Shown: piece after piece, positions 51,530 to 64,000 of the stretch | How positions within the stretch are numbered: position 1 is the first letter of the stretch | Layout: every line of letters starts with the position of its first letter | Assembly (NCBI GenBank): GCA_964016885.1 | Contig: OZ024740.1 | Location: forward strand, 385,950,001-386,014,000 | Origin: Eledone cirrhosa | Taxonomy: Eukaryota | Length of the DNA: 64,000 nucleotides | Direction of reading: 5' to 3' | Notes under the pieces: generated by a model | The model's database searches: none | Seen by the model: only the letters and a program-made list of their open reading frames with translations | What the model was told of the DNA's origin: nothing | Made by a program: the position numbers and the translations under genes

Positions 51530-53605
51530 CGTGAGCTCTGTAGGCTATAGTGAAGGCAACCAGTCTAGGAGATAATAAAAACTAACACAAGGTGTAGAAG
51601 ACTCTTGAGTCCAGTAAGACAACCTCTCTAGTGCTGATGGCACAAATAATGCACACAGTCCACACTGTAAGGTGGTTGGTGATAGGAAAGGCATCCAGCC
51701 AGAAAAACCCTGCCAAAATATGAACCGTACAACAAACATAACTCCCACAAATTGCATATACAGGGCTAATACTAGTCATGTTAGTGCTGAGCACGGTAGT
51801 GGAGTGGTTATAGTAGCCATGTGCAAGACCTAGGATGAGGTGACTTTGCACCTCTCAAATATCTTTGGTGTTATGTAGTAATACAGAAGACCTGTCATAG
51901 GTTGAAGCATACGTCTAGTATGCACTACATAACCCCTATCCCCCCTCCCCCTTTCATATACTTCCCACACCATAACACTCCACCCACATCCTAATCACCC
52001 CACTCTTCTCCCATGCTTTTACACTCCCTTGCCCCAGTCCATGCTGTAAAGTGGTCATTTTGGTGCCAAAGCAAAAAGCACCCAGCCTACACTGTAAAGT
52101 AATCATTATGGTACCATGATAAGAGGCACCCAGTCCACACCGTAAAATAGTTATGTAGGTGTTACAACAAAAAGCCCCAGCACACATTGTAAGTGATTGG
52201 CATTAGGAAGGGCATCCATCCATAGAAAGCAAGCCAGAAACAGTTCTGTATGAGCAAGTCACAGTCACCTGACCTGACTTGCCTTAAATGGGACAACCCA
52301 TCTAACCCATGCTAGCATGGAAAATAGATTTTAAATGATGATCATGTGAGGTTTAGTTTTTTAACGTCAGTCTTCACAACCTCGTCTCAAGTCTTCCTGG
52401 CCCTACCTCTTCCACAGGTTCCAACCACAAGGATGTCTCTGCAGTTTATTTTATGCAGCTTATTTTATCATTCATATGCATCACATGTCCATCCCAATGC
52501 AGTCATCTCTCTTGCATATCATCATCATCATCTTCATTTAACGTCCATTTTCCACGCTAGCATGGGTTTGACGGGAGTTGTCCCACTTGAGGCAAGGTTG
52601 GTCGGGTGACCATGTCTCGCTCATATAGGACTATCTGGCAGGTTTTCTACGGCTGGATGCCCTTCCTAACACCAACGACATTTACAGTGTGGACTGGGAA
52701 CTTTTTACCGTGTTACCTACACGGCCACATTACAGCATGGACTGTGTATTTTTTGTCGTGGCACCTACACGATCTCGATCTCATTATCTCATTTATTTGG
52801 ACTGAATGTTGTGGTACCAACTTTACAGAGAGAGGGTGGTGTCTATATCCAATTCCTCTTATGCCAATTTTTCTCTTAGTTTGCTTATGCTATGTCAATC
52901 ATGCACACTAACAAATCATATCCACTGGAGAATACTTGATTCATTCGTTCTAGCCACCACAGTCAAGGCCAAATGTTTCACTGCCATATAGCATTGCTGT
53001 TCACACACGCAGGCATCATACATTCTACCTTTCTCTCTGAGAGAAAATGCCTTTGTTGTCAGCAGTGGTAACAGCTCTCTAAACTTCTTCCAGCCTGTTC
53101 TTATCCTAACTATCACACTTTCAGAGCATTCTCCCTAACTGCTAATTTAATCAGCTAGGTAAGAAAAGCTGTCAACAGCTTCTAAGGGGCATCCCTCATA
53201 ACTGAAATTATTCATTTCACATGTGCTCTTAGTACTTACTTCTCCTATGCAACTGCTACATATAAAGTCTATCTTTTCCGTTAGCCTACCTGCAATCCCA
53301 CTACATCTCGTGTACATTCATAAATTTCACTGTGTGCAATTTATAGAATTTTTGTCGACCCCTTTCTGACATATCAAACAAGTTTACTTCCTTGATGATA
53401 TCACCATCCTGTCTTCTTTCCTACTTATTAAGACTTTTTCATCTTTGCTAAGTTTACTTTTAGGCCTTCCATGCTTGAAATTTTGCCTCTAACTCAGCTA
53501 AGGATTCAGCTATGAGGACTTGGTCATCAGTGTATAGGAACTTGCATGGAGTGCCAGTTTTAAACTCCTCAGTGATGGCCTGAAGGACAATGATAAACAG
53601 CTGTA
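51530..53605. mobile_element. Cluster of old RTE 3' ends and a decayed minus-strand RTE (52345-53600) with a nested younger RTE tail
   Basis: Repeated TAGGAAGGGCATCC tails; GWKKFRELLPLL in ORF 52916-53116. Confidence 0.75.
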
Positions 53606-54591
53606 GACTTATTTGATATTTATCTTTTCATTGAAATGTCCAAGTATATTAGTGACAAATAACTTTCTGTTTGATATTTGCTACTCCTTAATTGTTGAGT
53701 TGATGTAGATGGGTTTTTTTTTGGTACTATTTCTAGCATCACTATGACTCTGTCATATTGTCCTGATATACAGATATTCATTCATAGTTGATTTCATTGA
53801 ACAATAGCTGCAAATATGTCGGAAATATGGATGATGTGGATGAAAATTGACTAACAACCATCACTAGTAGTAGTAGTAGTGGTGGTGGTGGTGGTGGTGG
53901 TGGTCAGTTGTAGTGGCAGTAGTAGTAGTAGCAGTGGTGGTGGTGGTGGTCACTGTTGCCACTGCTGTAGCAGCAAGTAAAAAGAATATCACTATAGGTA
54001 GCACTATATTAACAGCTGCAGTAATAACATAGTTATCATCATACTGTTTAAGTCTATTTTCCAAGTGTCATTCTATGTAGCTTTCCAAGTCAGGTGACCA
54101 TGTTTTGCCTATACAGATCTGTTTTGGGCTTTGTTTTCTCCATTTGGATGCCCTTCCTAATGCCAACCACATTACAGTGTGTACTGGGGGAGGGATCTCA
54201 TTATAGAAATAGTTATGAAGATAATGATAATAATATTGATGATGATAATATTAATGATTTAAATTAATTATCAATTTTCTTTATTTCTCATTCGTAAAAT
54301 AAATGTTTTTTAAGATGTGGTGCAAAATGTTTCTTTTTTTCTTAATTGATTTTGTTTTATTTCGTTTTGTTTTTTGCATGATTATTTTTTCTTTTAATTT
54401 TATTTACATTACTTTTCTAATTTGTTTGTTTGTTTTGTGTTTTGTTTGTGCAACCCAAGCTTTGTAATTATATTTTAGTCACTGAATATGGCTAAAAAGA
54501 AGCTGCTCTGCTGACTGGCTGCACATGTTTATACGTAAATTTAGCATGTTTGTTTTGCCTTGATATTGTTGTATTTAACTGCTCTCTTCAG

Positions 54592-54657
54592 ATCCTCTAA
54601 GCATGCAAGCAGCTCGCAAGAAACGAGACAGTGTTAAAAACTCAACAACTATCAGAG
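54592..54657 (+). CDS. Candidate 66-nt phase 1-1 exon of the Sidekick-like gene (DPLSMQAARKKRDSVKNSTTIR)
   Basis: Long U-rich upstream tract, TGCTCTCTTCAG| acceptor, |GTCAGT donor; splices in frame to 59580 (G+GA = Gly). Confidence 0.65.
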
Positions 54658-54904
54658 GTCAGTTCTGATATATTGAAATTGTTCATTAATAGGATCATAA
54701 TTAATCATTTACTCTCATTCAATTTTTTGTTCCAAACCATCTCTAATTAATCCACAATTTCTAGGTCAGCTAATTTTAGACAATATCTTGTCACATTAAA
54801 TATCTAATTTTATGTTGTTTTAGTGAGGAAAGAATAAAAGCTACCGGTTTTCTACATATTTCATAAATGACATGCTTAGCCACACTGCTAATAATTTATA
54901 TAAT

Positions 54905-55207
54905 AGTGTTGTTTCCTTGAGCAAGACACTTTATTTCACATTGCTCCAGTTTAGAAATGAGATAATAGGACTGGGGTCCCTATCATTCCACTGCAAAGTG
55001 GTCGTGGAGGTGCCACATCAAAAAAGCACCCAGCCCACACTGTAAAGTGGACGTGTAGGCGCCACGGAAAAAAAAAAGCATCCAGCACTCACTGTAAATG
55101 AGGTTGGTATTAGGAAGGGCATCCAGCTATAGAAATCAAGCTAGAATCAGTTCCCGTCCCACCCTTGCAAGCAGGAAAAGTGCACGTAAAATGATGATGA
55201 TGATGAT
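54905..55207 (+). mobile_element. 5'-truncated SINE with RTE-like tail
   Basis: Matches the 22571 family; (ATG)n end. Confidence 0.8.
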
Positions 55208-55489
55208 GTTTAATAGACAATCTTATTGTTGATTGCCTGGTATTAAATTCTTATTTCCTATATGAGTTATTCACTTTTCTTTACTTCTAGATGATATGAT
55301 ATTGTGATTTAATACTTGTATTCAGGCATTAGATAACCAGCTGTGTATTAACCAGTTTTTATCTGGTGACAAGCTGTGTATTGTGCATACAGCCATGTGT
55401 GTGTGTGTGTGACAGCTCACACCTATACAGGTTTAGCTGGCCTCCTCCAAGGTATATCTCGTTGGAGATGTCATGGGTAATTTAATGAT

Positions 55490-55638
55490 AGAGACCCCAG
55501 TCTTATCATCTCATTTCTATAGCTGAGTGAAATAAAGTGTCTTGCTCAAGGAAACAACACATCAACCGGTCCCAGAATTGAACTCACAACCTTTTGGTTG
55601 CAAACCCAATGCTCTAACCACTAAGCCATGCGCCTTCA
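55490..55638 (-). mobile_element. SINE 5' half
   Basis: Reverse complement of the tRNA-like head GAAGGCGCATGGCTTAGTGGTTAGAGC. Confidence 0.8.
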
Positions 55639-57114
55639 CTACGTACAGCCATGCCATTTAATGTCTCAAATACACCTTTTACCTAACTCTAAATAGATAT
55701 TACAGAGTAGAAGTAACACACAGTTGTAAATCAGCAGAAGCTTTCTAAAATTGATGGGTGCTTTGTTATTTTGTAGTACTGAGTTCAACTCTTGCAGTGG
55801 GCACACCTTAAAAGAAGATAAATTTTAGCTAGCTGACTTTTATTGCATTCATACTATATAAATTCAAAGTTACCTTCACCTTTTTGATTCCAACCTGACA
55901 AAATCCAACTCTTGTTCCATGAACAAAACCACTCAATTAAAGGTTCCCTATGTAAATTAAAATTTTCCAACATAATTTTATATAACAATTATACATTATG
56001 TGTCTTAGAAATGAAATAATCAATAATTTTAATAAATCCCTCAAATTTATTCTTTAATTAATTGAAATAAGGTGTATTTCATTAGAAATATGGCCAGGAA
56101 AGAGTTCAGTACTTTTTAAAAATTGCATTCTATAGAAAAACACCAAATCTTAACCAGCTTTGTCAACCAAGACAGGCAGCACTGGTCAGCATTTTTCAGT
56201 TATGAGTTAAATATAAACTTTTAAATCTTCCAATTGTGCTGCTTAATTTTTATCCATTTAACCATGCAAATCTTCAGACACCACCTTGTCAGATATTATA
56301 CACATCAGAAGATTCCAGGTTCAAATCCTGGCAAGCTTGCCAATAGTAGAAATCATAACACACGACTTTAAATTTACTGTAGGAGTTCACAATATTTAAT
56401 GCTAACTATATTTAAGGCTAACTACATTTTAATAAGTTGTTATTGTTGTTTAAATCTAAGTTAGCTTTGATCCAGCAGACCTTTTATCAAAGGTGTTCCT
56501 GACATGATTTTCCTATCTTTTTGTATATATGTTTCCATTTTGTTTTTTTTTCTTGTTTTTTTTTTGAGGGGGGGAACAGTTGGGTGTGAGTTCAAGGGGA
56601 TTAGGATGCCATTTTTAGAAGGTCTAGCAACCATGTATAGGTTTCCTCATTTTTTTGCATTTAAATTAAATATTTAAATTAAATACTTTTAGTGTTACAA
56701 TTTATCGTTTATATTTTGAAACAATTACAGAGTATGGTAATTCTGTAGTAGTTACCATACAGACTATGGTAACTCTGTTTTAGTAGTAGTTACCATACAG
56801 TACAATTTACCATTAGAAATAATATTAATATAAAGTTGAAATCTGTCCCAATCCCAGAGGCTAATCAGGCTGGTACTTATCCCAGTTTCATTAACATTAA
56901 TTGACTGTCAGGATGCCTGTCCATCCCATGATTAAAACCCAGCTACTGCAGGTACTCATTTTCAGGTGAGTGGACTGGAGCATTGTGAAATGTGCCATCT
57001 AGTAGGAGACTAACTCATAACATTAGGAAATAATAAAAGCACACTAAAATTCTCAAGTGTTTTATTAGTTTACAGTACTTGATTCAAATTCCTCCTCAGA
57101 ATACTGGAGAGATT

Positions 57115-57443
57115 CATTTCATTTTACGTCCACTTTTTCCCTGCTTGCAAGGGTGGAACGGGGACTGATTTTGGCTTGATTTCTACAGCTGGATGCCCTT
57201 CCTAACACCAACCTCATTTACAGTGAGTGCTGGGTGCTTTTTTGCCATGGCACCTTCACGACCACTTTGCAGTGGAATGATAGGGACCCCAGTCCCTATC
57301 ATCTCATTTCTACAGCTGAGTAAACTGGAGCAATGTGAAATAAAGTGTCTTGCTCAAGGAAACAACACATCACCCGGTCTGAGAATTGAACTCGCAACCT
57401 TTCGATTGCAAGGCCAATGCTCTAACCACTAAGCCATGTGCCT
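57115..57443 (-). mobile_element. Full-length SINE (22571 family)
   Basis: Head, central domain and RTE-like tail all present. Confidence 0.85.
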
Positions 57444-59122
57444 TAGAAGAATATTATTCTAATATTATAACTGAGACACTTTTGTGTAGAATTGTGTTCT
57501 TATTGAGTTCACTCTGTAATGTAGTTTCAGTTCCTAATGTCAGTTATCTTCAGTTTTATCTCTGTCTTGAGAAGGTTCCCATTTCCTTCCTACTAAAAGT
57601 GCATTTGGGGAAAACAACAATAAACTACTACAAACTCCCAAAGATGTTAAAAAATAACATTAAGTAAATCTCAGCTTGGATATGCTACTGTAATGGAAAT
57701 ATTTTCGCCATACACTAATTGGGTTTCTCCACAAGATACAGGCCATTGTAATTGAGGTTCTTAACATAATACTGAACCATTGTAATAATGTTATCTTTAA
57801 TATCAATTTGTAAAATAGATGCTATATTTATCTGAAGTGGTTGGTTGACACTGTTAAAATGATTATTACTACAAATAAAACCAGGCCACATTCACAAGTA
57901 GCTCATTTTTATTTCATATTATTAATTCCTTGAAAACAGATGCCACAAATATATAAGGGGATAGAATGAGATTATGATGCTTGTGTTTTTATTTTATTTC
58001 TTATGACAATAGCCATATAAGACTTGACATTAATAAGAAAATTGGAAACTGCTTACAAACTTGGCTGGCCAAGAACTTAGCTCATAATTTTCAGTTTTGC
58101 CAAACATTAACACAAGCTTTGACAGTAAAATAAGTTTAACTATCAAAATTCCATATTGACTGATTTCGACTCTTGGATCAGTGATTAGTTAGATGAGTAA
58201 GTTTTCAAAATATTTTGATATAGGCTCAGAATCTAACATTAAAATTCATTAGCTAGTTGATATCTTCAGTAAGGGTTAGACTCATTGTCACAAGCCAAGT
58301 CAGTATTTAATCTGAGCTACTAACTTCTCAGATGGGCCAGTAGCTGCATCTCACATGTGTTTCTGCATTCTACAAAATACATCGGGTTCATTTTATCATG
58401 ACATTAATACAATGTAGGTTGTCATGTCTTTGACACAACTGAAGAGTTCTCATGTGAGAGTTAATATTAAGAAAACATTTTCATGTATTACAAATTGTTC
58501 AAAACAGAATATTTCATGGTTTCTATTTGTAGGCATATATAATGTAAAATTGAGGCAGTGAATTGGCAGAGTTGTTAAAACATCAGATAGAATGCTTTGC
58601 AGTATTCATTTCAGCTCTCTGAGTTCAAATCCCACCAAGATCAACTTTACCTTTCATCCATTCAAGAGAGATAAAAGAAAATGCTAGTCTAGCACTGGGG
58701 TCAATTCTTCCTCTATATCTCTTTCTCACTTCCATTCTCTCATACTCTCTATCCTTCTCTGGAAGAAATCTGCTGTATTCAAACTTGGAGAGAATTAGGC
58801 TCCACCAGATTTTAAAATGCCTTAGAAATGCTATATGTCAATACAGCATCCCAACAACTCCTTGGGGAGTTAGAGGACTATGCTTTCAAGCATATTGAAT
58901 CTAAAATTAGAGTACTTTATTTAGTATCAAAATGTACATCTTTCAGCATATGAATATATAGGCTTAGATACACAAACATACATTTACACATCACATCTAC
59001 ACACACATAAGATAAAATATTAAACAGTACAAGATGTGATACTGTTCACAATTAAAGTAATATTATTTTTATATCTTTACTATTAGACATACATGTTGTG
59101 TACTTCCATTGGCAATGTTTAA

Positions 59123-59343
59123 CCCTTTAGCATTTAAACAGACTATATCTGTCCAGAATTCTCTCATCTCTTTCTATTCAAACCAGCCATAACCAGCTGC
59201 TCATACCAATGTTAATGTATTGTTCTCAAAATAAATAATATCAAAATCTTGTAGCTTCGATATCTTGTGAGATAATTATGTGAGACAAAGCCTTTACCAT
59301 GAAAATACAATAGTAGATATAGAGTAATGTAAATGCTAAAGGG
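59123..59343. mobile_element. piggyBac-type MITE (221 bp)
   Basis: TTAA|CCCTTTAGCATTTA ... TAAATGCTAAAGGG|TTAA: perfect 14-bp TIRs and TTAA flanks. Confidence 0.8.
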
Positions 59344-59579
59344 TTAAGTCAAAAAGATTTCAAATTATATCTTTTCTATTCACTAAACCTCTGATAGCTG
59401 TTTGAAAAAATTGCACAAAGTAACTAAAACGTTTATCTTATTTTGTACTGTAGCTATTGTGACTTTTTCTTAATTTTTATTTTGCTTTAGTTTCTAAAAT
59501 ATATTTTAACTTGTATTTTTGTAAGTAAGTAAAATTGTAATATATATATTTTGTTTCATTTATATTTTCACATATTCAG

Positions 59580-59753
59580 GAAGTTGGACTAATGTATTAT
59601 TGAAAGAATCACCACAGACTGGTGCATTGCTTAATATTCACAGCTTAGATACTGGCAAAGTATACCAATTTCGAGTACTAGCCTACAATTGGCTTGGAAT
59701 TGGGCCACCAAGTAAGCCGTCTAAACCTATGTTGATACAAGATCCAGAAAAAG
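59580..59753 (+). CDS. sdk: Sidekick-like gene: C-terminal half of the last fibronectin type III domain
   Basis: TTCAG| and |GTATGC splice sites; GSWTNVLL...LDTGKVYQFRVLAYNWLGIGPPSKPS fits the FN3 consensus Y-x-F-R-V-x-A-x-N-x-x-G-x-G-x-x-S. Confidence 0.8.
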
Positions 59754-59934
59754 GTATGCATTTTTTAAAACTATTTCCTGTCCATTTTCATGCAAACATA
59801 AGGAGAATGTATTCTGAAAATTAAGACATTTGCATATTGTTTGAAAAATTGCTTTTAGGATGCCTTTCCTTTCAATAATCCAACCCTTCCTAGCAAGGAA
59901 AACGAATGTTAAATGTTTACAATGTTGATGGGTA

Positions 59935-60282
59935 AGGGTAAACGTTAAAAACCCCCTTTGGTCATGAATGACCATAGGATTTACACCTAGAAAGTTTCCC
60001 TCTGAGGCATAAGTCTGGGCTAGGTTGTTTGTGGAAGACTAGCTGTCACCCATGCATACCAATCTCCTCTCGCCACACCATCGATGTTGTCCAAGGGAAA
60101 GACAATGGCTAATACAGCTTCGCACTAGTGATGCTGCAACTCATTCTACAGCTGAGTAAACTAGAGCAACATGAAATAAAGTGTCTTGCTCAAGAACACA
60201 ACACACAGCCCTATCTGGGAATTGAACTCACAACCTCATGATTGTAGGCCCAATTCTCTAACCACTAAGCCATGCACTTTCA
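59935..60282 (-). mobile_element. SINE with the same tRNA-like head and a different 3' tail
   Basis: Head is the reverse complement of GTGCATGGCTTAGTGGTTAGA; the tail differs from the RTE-type tail. Confidence 0.7.
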
Positions 60283-61342
60283 CAGGCAATGTTGATAATG
60301 ATGATAATTATTCATGAGGTTTTCTGTCAAGCCAAGTGCAATAATAAAGTTTGAAATCTTGATCATATCATCAGTAATAATCCATCTTTACTTATTACCT
60401 ATTATTTTTCTCCCCAAACTTTTAGCTATTTTCTATCTGCATAGCTTTAATTCAATAGGAGAGAAATCAAGAAGTCTATTTGTAAATTTTCCAGTTATTA
60501 AACAGAAACAGTTAGGATTAATAGTTTCACTACAGTCATATATGCTCTGTCAAGCTGAGGCATTTAATGTGATATATGAATATAATTTCGTTAAATAATT
60601 CTAACCTTCCATTGAAATGGAATCAATATATATATGTTTTACGTATTTATATTTTAGAAAGATTTATAGCATTTCATAAATTACTATTCCTGTCTTATAT
60701 CAGCAAACTTTTGAAAATAAGAAATATTCTGATATTAAAAGGAAATAAAAGTTACTGGTAAGAAAAGAGAACATCTGTTTAAATGCTTTTGAATAGCAAC
60801 ATTAGTTCAGCAATGCTGTCTACTATGCCATTGTGGGGTTGTTGTAGTAGCAAATAATCATTGAAAGAAAGTAGCCTATATTTGCATTAAAGCTTGAAGA
60901 GTTCAAATCTAGTGTTAATAATTGTATATGTAAACATTTGGTACCTGAAGATCATGTAAGGATGTCACAGTAACACAAGAGGCAATATAACATTAAAATC
61001 ATGCTAAATAAAAATTAATAGGTTGTTTAATCTCCACTATATATATATATTTTTTTTTTAATAAGTATATCCAATTTAGAATAGAGACACTGTATCCATG
61101 TGTGTCATAAGAAGCAACTAAAAGTGTTAGTGCCTGGAACTATTCCTATACAATTTTAATAAAATTATTTTACAGATGTCCATCAATCTTTGTATGAAAT
61201 ACTACATTGATTTAATTAGCTTATATTTCATAGAGTTTGTGTATTATAGCTTGAAATGTATTTGTTTTTAACTGAAATTTAAGTATTTTCCTCTTCCAGT
61301 CTTTCTAGCTTGTATTTATACATTTATTTATTTTCTGTGTAG

Positions 61343-61489
61343 GTGCACTTGGAGGAATGCGAGAGTTCAGTGAGAGACCATTCCATACAGAATGGTGGTT
61401 CTTGCTCATTATTGCTCTGAGTGGTTTAATTGTTATAATGGCTGTTGTGCTGTTATTGGTCCTGGTAGGAAGGAAGCGAAAGATGACCC
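61343..61489 (+). CDS. sdk: Sidekick-like gene: transmembrane exon
   Basis: TGTAG| and |GTAAGT. PFHTEWWFLLIIALSGLIVIMAVVLLLVLVGRKRK resembles the Sidekick juxtamembrane/TM signature PFYEEWWFLLVMALSSLI (from recall). Confidence 0.85.
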
Positions 61490-62134
61490 GTAAGTAGAGC
61501 TTTATCTTTTAAATCAGAACTTCTTAGAGTAGCCAAATTAGTCTATTGTTAGATATCAGAAAATTGATAGCAATCTTCTCATGACATAGAAATTAGTCTT
61601 GGTCCGTCTTACTTCTTCAAATCCAAATAATAAAATAACATTTCTTTTAATCCTCTTATTATTATTATTTGTCTTCCAAGCTTTTTGTAAGTTCAAAATC
61701 CTATGAACCTTCAAGAGAAATCAAGAAAACCTATTATTTAGTCATTTCTTCTATACTGAAAGGGTTATTATGCTTTTGAGGAAAGTAGAAATCAGTTTGT
61801 AACTTTCCCACCTGTTAGCAACTTCAACAGGGCATAGACGCAAATTTAAAGGGTTTTAGGTGATACTTTTGCTTGAGTAGTCTTTCTTAGTGCCTCTACA
61901 ATCCTTAAATAGATTATCCTTAGCCCTTTCATTCCCATTATGTAAAACACTGCCTGAAAATTTCAAATAATTCGGAAAATAATTAAGAATTTGGAAAGAT
62001 TTAGTAATGCAACAAACATTCTCATTATTTATCTGGTATGTGGAACATAACTTAAAAAAGATTCTTACATAAAATTATGATGAAAGGTTTTTCTATAAAT
62101 ATATAAACTTTAGAACAATCAGTTTTCCCTTGTA

Positions 62135-62420
62135 TAGTTCTTCTTCTCCTTCACCCACTTATTTCTGAGAGGGCTGTTGGGGAAGAGTCCTCAAACACTC
62201 CTTCTGGCAGGTCCTGTCAGAAGCAACTGTCTCCAACTAATCCGACTGGATCCCCAAGCGTGATCAGCCAAGCTCATGGATGTTATCCAACCATCTTGCT
62301 CAGGGTCTACCCCTGGGTCTCCTGCCAGTTAGTTTTGCCCATAAAATATGTCCAGTGATTCTTTCCTGAGACATTTTAACCATATGCCCATAGTATCGGG
62401 GCTGTGATCTCTCAATTTGA
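62135..62420 (-). mobile_element. Decayed LINE 3' fragment
   Basis: Minus-strand GRRPRGRP..RWLDNI-type C-terminal remnant. Confidence 0.5.
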
Positions 62421-62818
62421 AAAAGTATAGTTGTTGTATTACTAAATATTTTTTGGGAATGTCCATCAATATCTTTCTTAGATGAAAATATTCCAAATCC
62501 TTATATATTAGTTGCATGTATATTTATTTGATTAAACTACAGCATGTGCAGTCATATACTTATCTACTTCATGTTCTTTGCATGCATTTTCCTACTTTTG
62601 CTTAATAAAAAAGAAAGTACCATTCTGTGTTAAATGGTATATCTATTGATGCCTTGCTACAGTGTCTGTACTAGATTAATGCCATCCCTTCCTTCCACCA
62701 GTACACAGGCTAAATTTTAAAATCTTCTTAGATATTGCTATACTTCCTATTACTGTATATTTTGCTACTTAATATTTCTGACTTTATCTAATGTTATTTC
62801 TCATACAATATTCTATAG

Positions 62819-62957
62819 GTGAAAACATTCGCCGACGTAACACACCTCCTCTTCCACTGGAACCCCCAGTACTTGATGACGGAGGTTTCTCCACATTTGA
62901 TCGACGGCAGTCGCGTAGAACTATTGGACACCGTACCAATTCTTTGCGCAGCATGAG
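62819..62957 (+). CDS. sdk: Sidekick-like gene: first cytoplasmic exon
   Basis: TATAG| and |GTTAGT; phase compatible (C+GT = Arg). LDDGGFSTFD resembles the Sidekick cytoplasmic LDNGGF motif (from recall). Confidence 0.8.
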
Positions 62958-64000
62958 GTTAGTCTTATCAGTTTTCATGAATTAAACTTTTGTAAATTGA
63001 CATTTTAGTGTTTCTTATATAATTAAAGCAAAGCAAATAGGATATCACCAGTATTCTATTAATTTTAAATGCCACCTTTTTTTTTTTTTTACCATTTTGT
63101 CTGGAGTGAACAGCAGTGCCCATGACCCCTTTTAGGTCAAATAAGGATCGCATGGGCAAGATGTAGTTCTCTGACCTGTCGAGTTTCAAACTGTCATGAT
63201 CCTTGCCAGCATGGAAAACAGACATAAAATGATGATTATGTATTATGTATTAATTTACAGACCATCAATTTTATTTTCGGTGGAATATTAGATCAATGAA
63301 TTTATTTTGAATCACTGGGCATTTACTTCGATCATTTAAAAAAAAAATGTTTTTCTTATGCTTGTCTTCACTGAGTTTAACTATGAATAAGTTGGCTAAG
63401 ATGAACTTTGAATTATGGTGTTGTGTCTTTGAAAATTTATTTAAGTTTGGAGTTGTCATTGAATATTTAATTTATTTTATGACTCTATTCCTTCTTTTTC
63501 TTTTTTTCTACTTTTTTCTTCTCCTCTTCTTTTTTTTTCTCCTCCTCTGCCATTTAAACACATAGGATCTACTGATCAAAGTGAGTTTGAGCTTTTTAAC
63601 AAGTACTGATTCAATTATAAATTCAACACATTTTGTCAGTAACTTTATAGAATAATGTGATGTTGATTTCAAGAGTTGATGTTGTTTTGTTGTTTAGCCT
63701 TAGGTAAAATCTGACTGGGCAACCTATGACCAGAAGCATTCAAATCATGACCATCGCGTCTTTTTTTTTAAATTTAATTTAATTTAATTTTTTTTTTTTT
63801 TCATGTGGCATAGTGCAACTAATATTACATCATCCAGTATCATCTTAAATATCATCTTTTTTTATGTTGGCAGGGTGAGATTTCTAGCACGTCAAGTGAC
63901 CATGCAGAGACTTGTTTGCCTGTGATTTTAAGGGCTTTCTTATTTAGTCTATTTTATTGTAGTGTCATATATTTTCTTCTTTAAGCTATATAACAGCCGT

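Overview
AT-rich, repeat-saturated animal genomic DNA, most likely an octopod cephalopod (inferred from the RTE LINE/SINE content and (TA)n density; not verified). The only host gene I can support is the 3' part of a + strand Sidekick-like Ig/FN3 cell-adhesion gene. It has a last-FN3 exon (59580-59753), a transmembrane exon (61343-61489) and a cytoplasmic exon (62819-62957). Two frame-preserving small exons (30679-30714, 54592-54657) appear to insert a Cys-x-Cys peptide and an RKKR furin-type site into the membrane-proximal FN3 domain. The rest appears to be very large introns filled with RTE LINEs (carrying a PHD-like finger in ORF2), Tx1/L1-like and CRE-like LINEs, a Penelope-like element (PLE), a hAT/Buster transposon with TSD, Tc1/mariner, piggyBac-like and Helitron-like relics, SINEs and microsatellites. 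The main finding is a set of minimal type I hammerhead ribozyme motifs from several unrelated non-coding families. One is a near-identical 468-bp tandem array (11027-12755) with one hammerhead per unit, a candidate circular-RNA retrozyme. Most of these insertions sit in (TA)n, have an inverted end copy like the PLE, and four share a GAGTACT(C) tail motif. All calls were read by eye; no database searches or folding programs were run.
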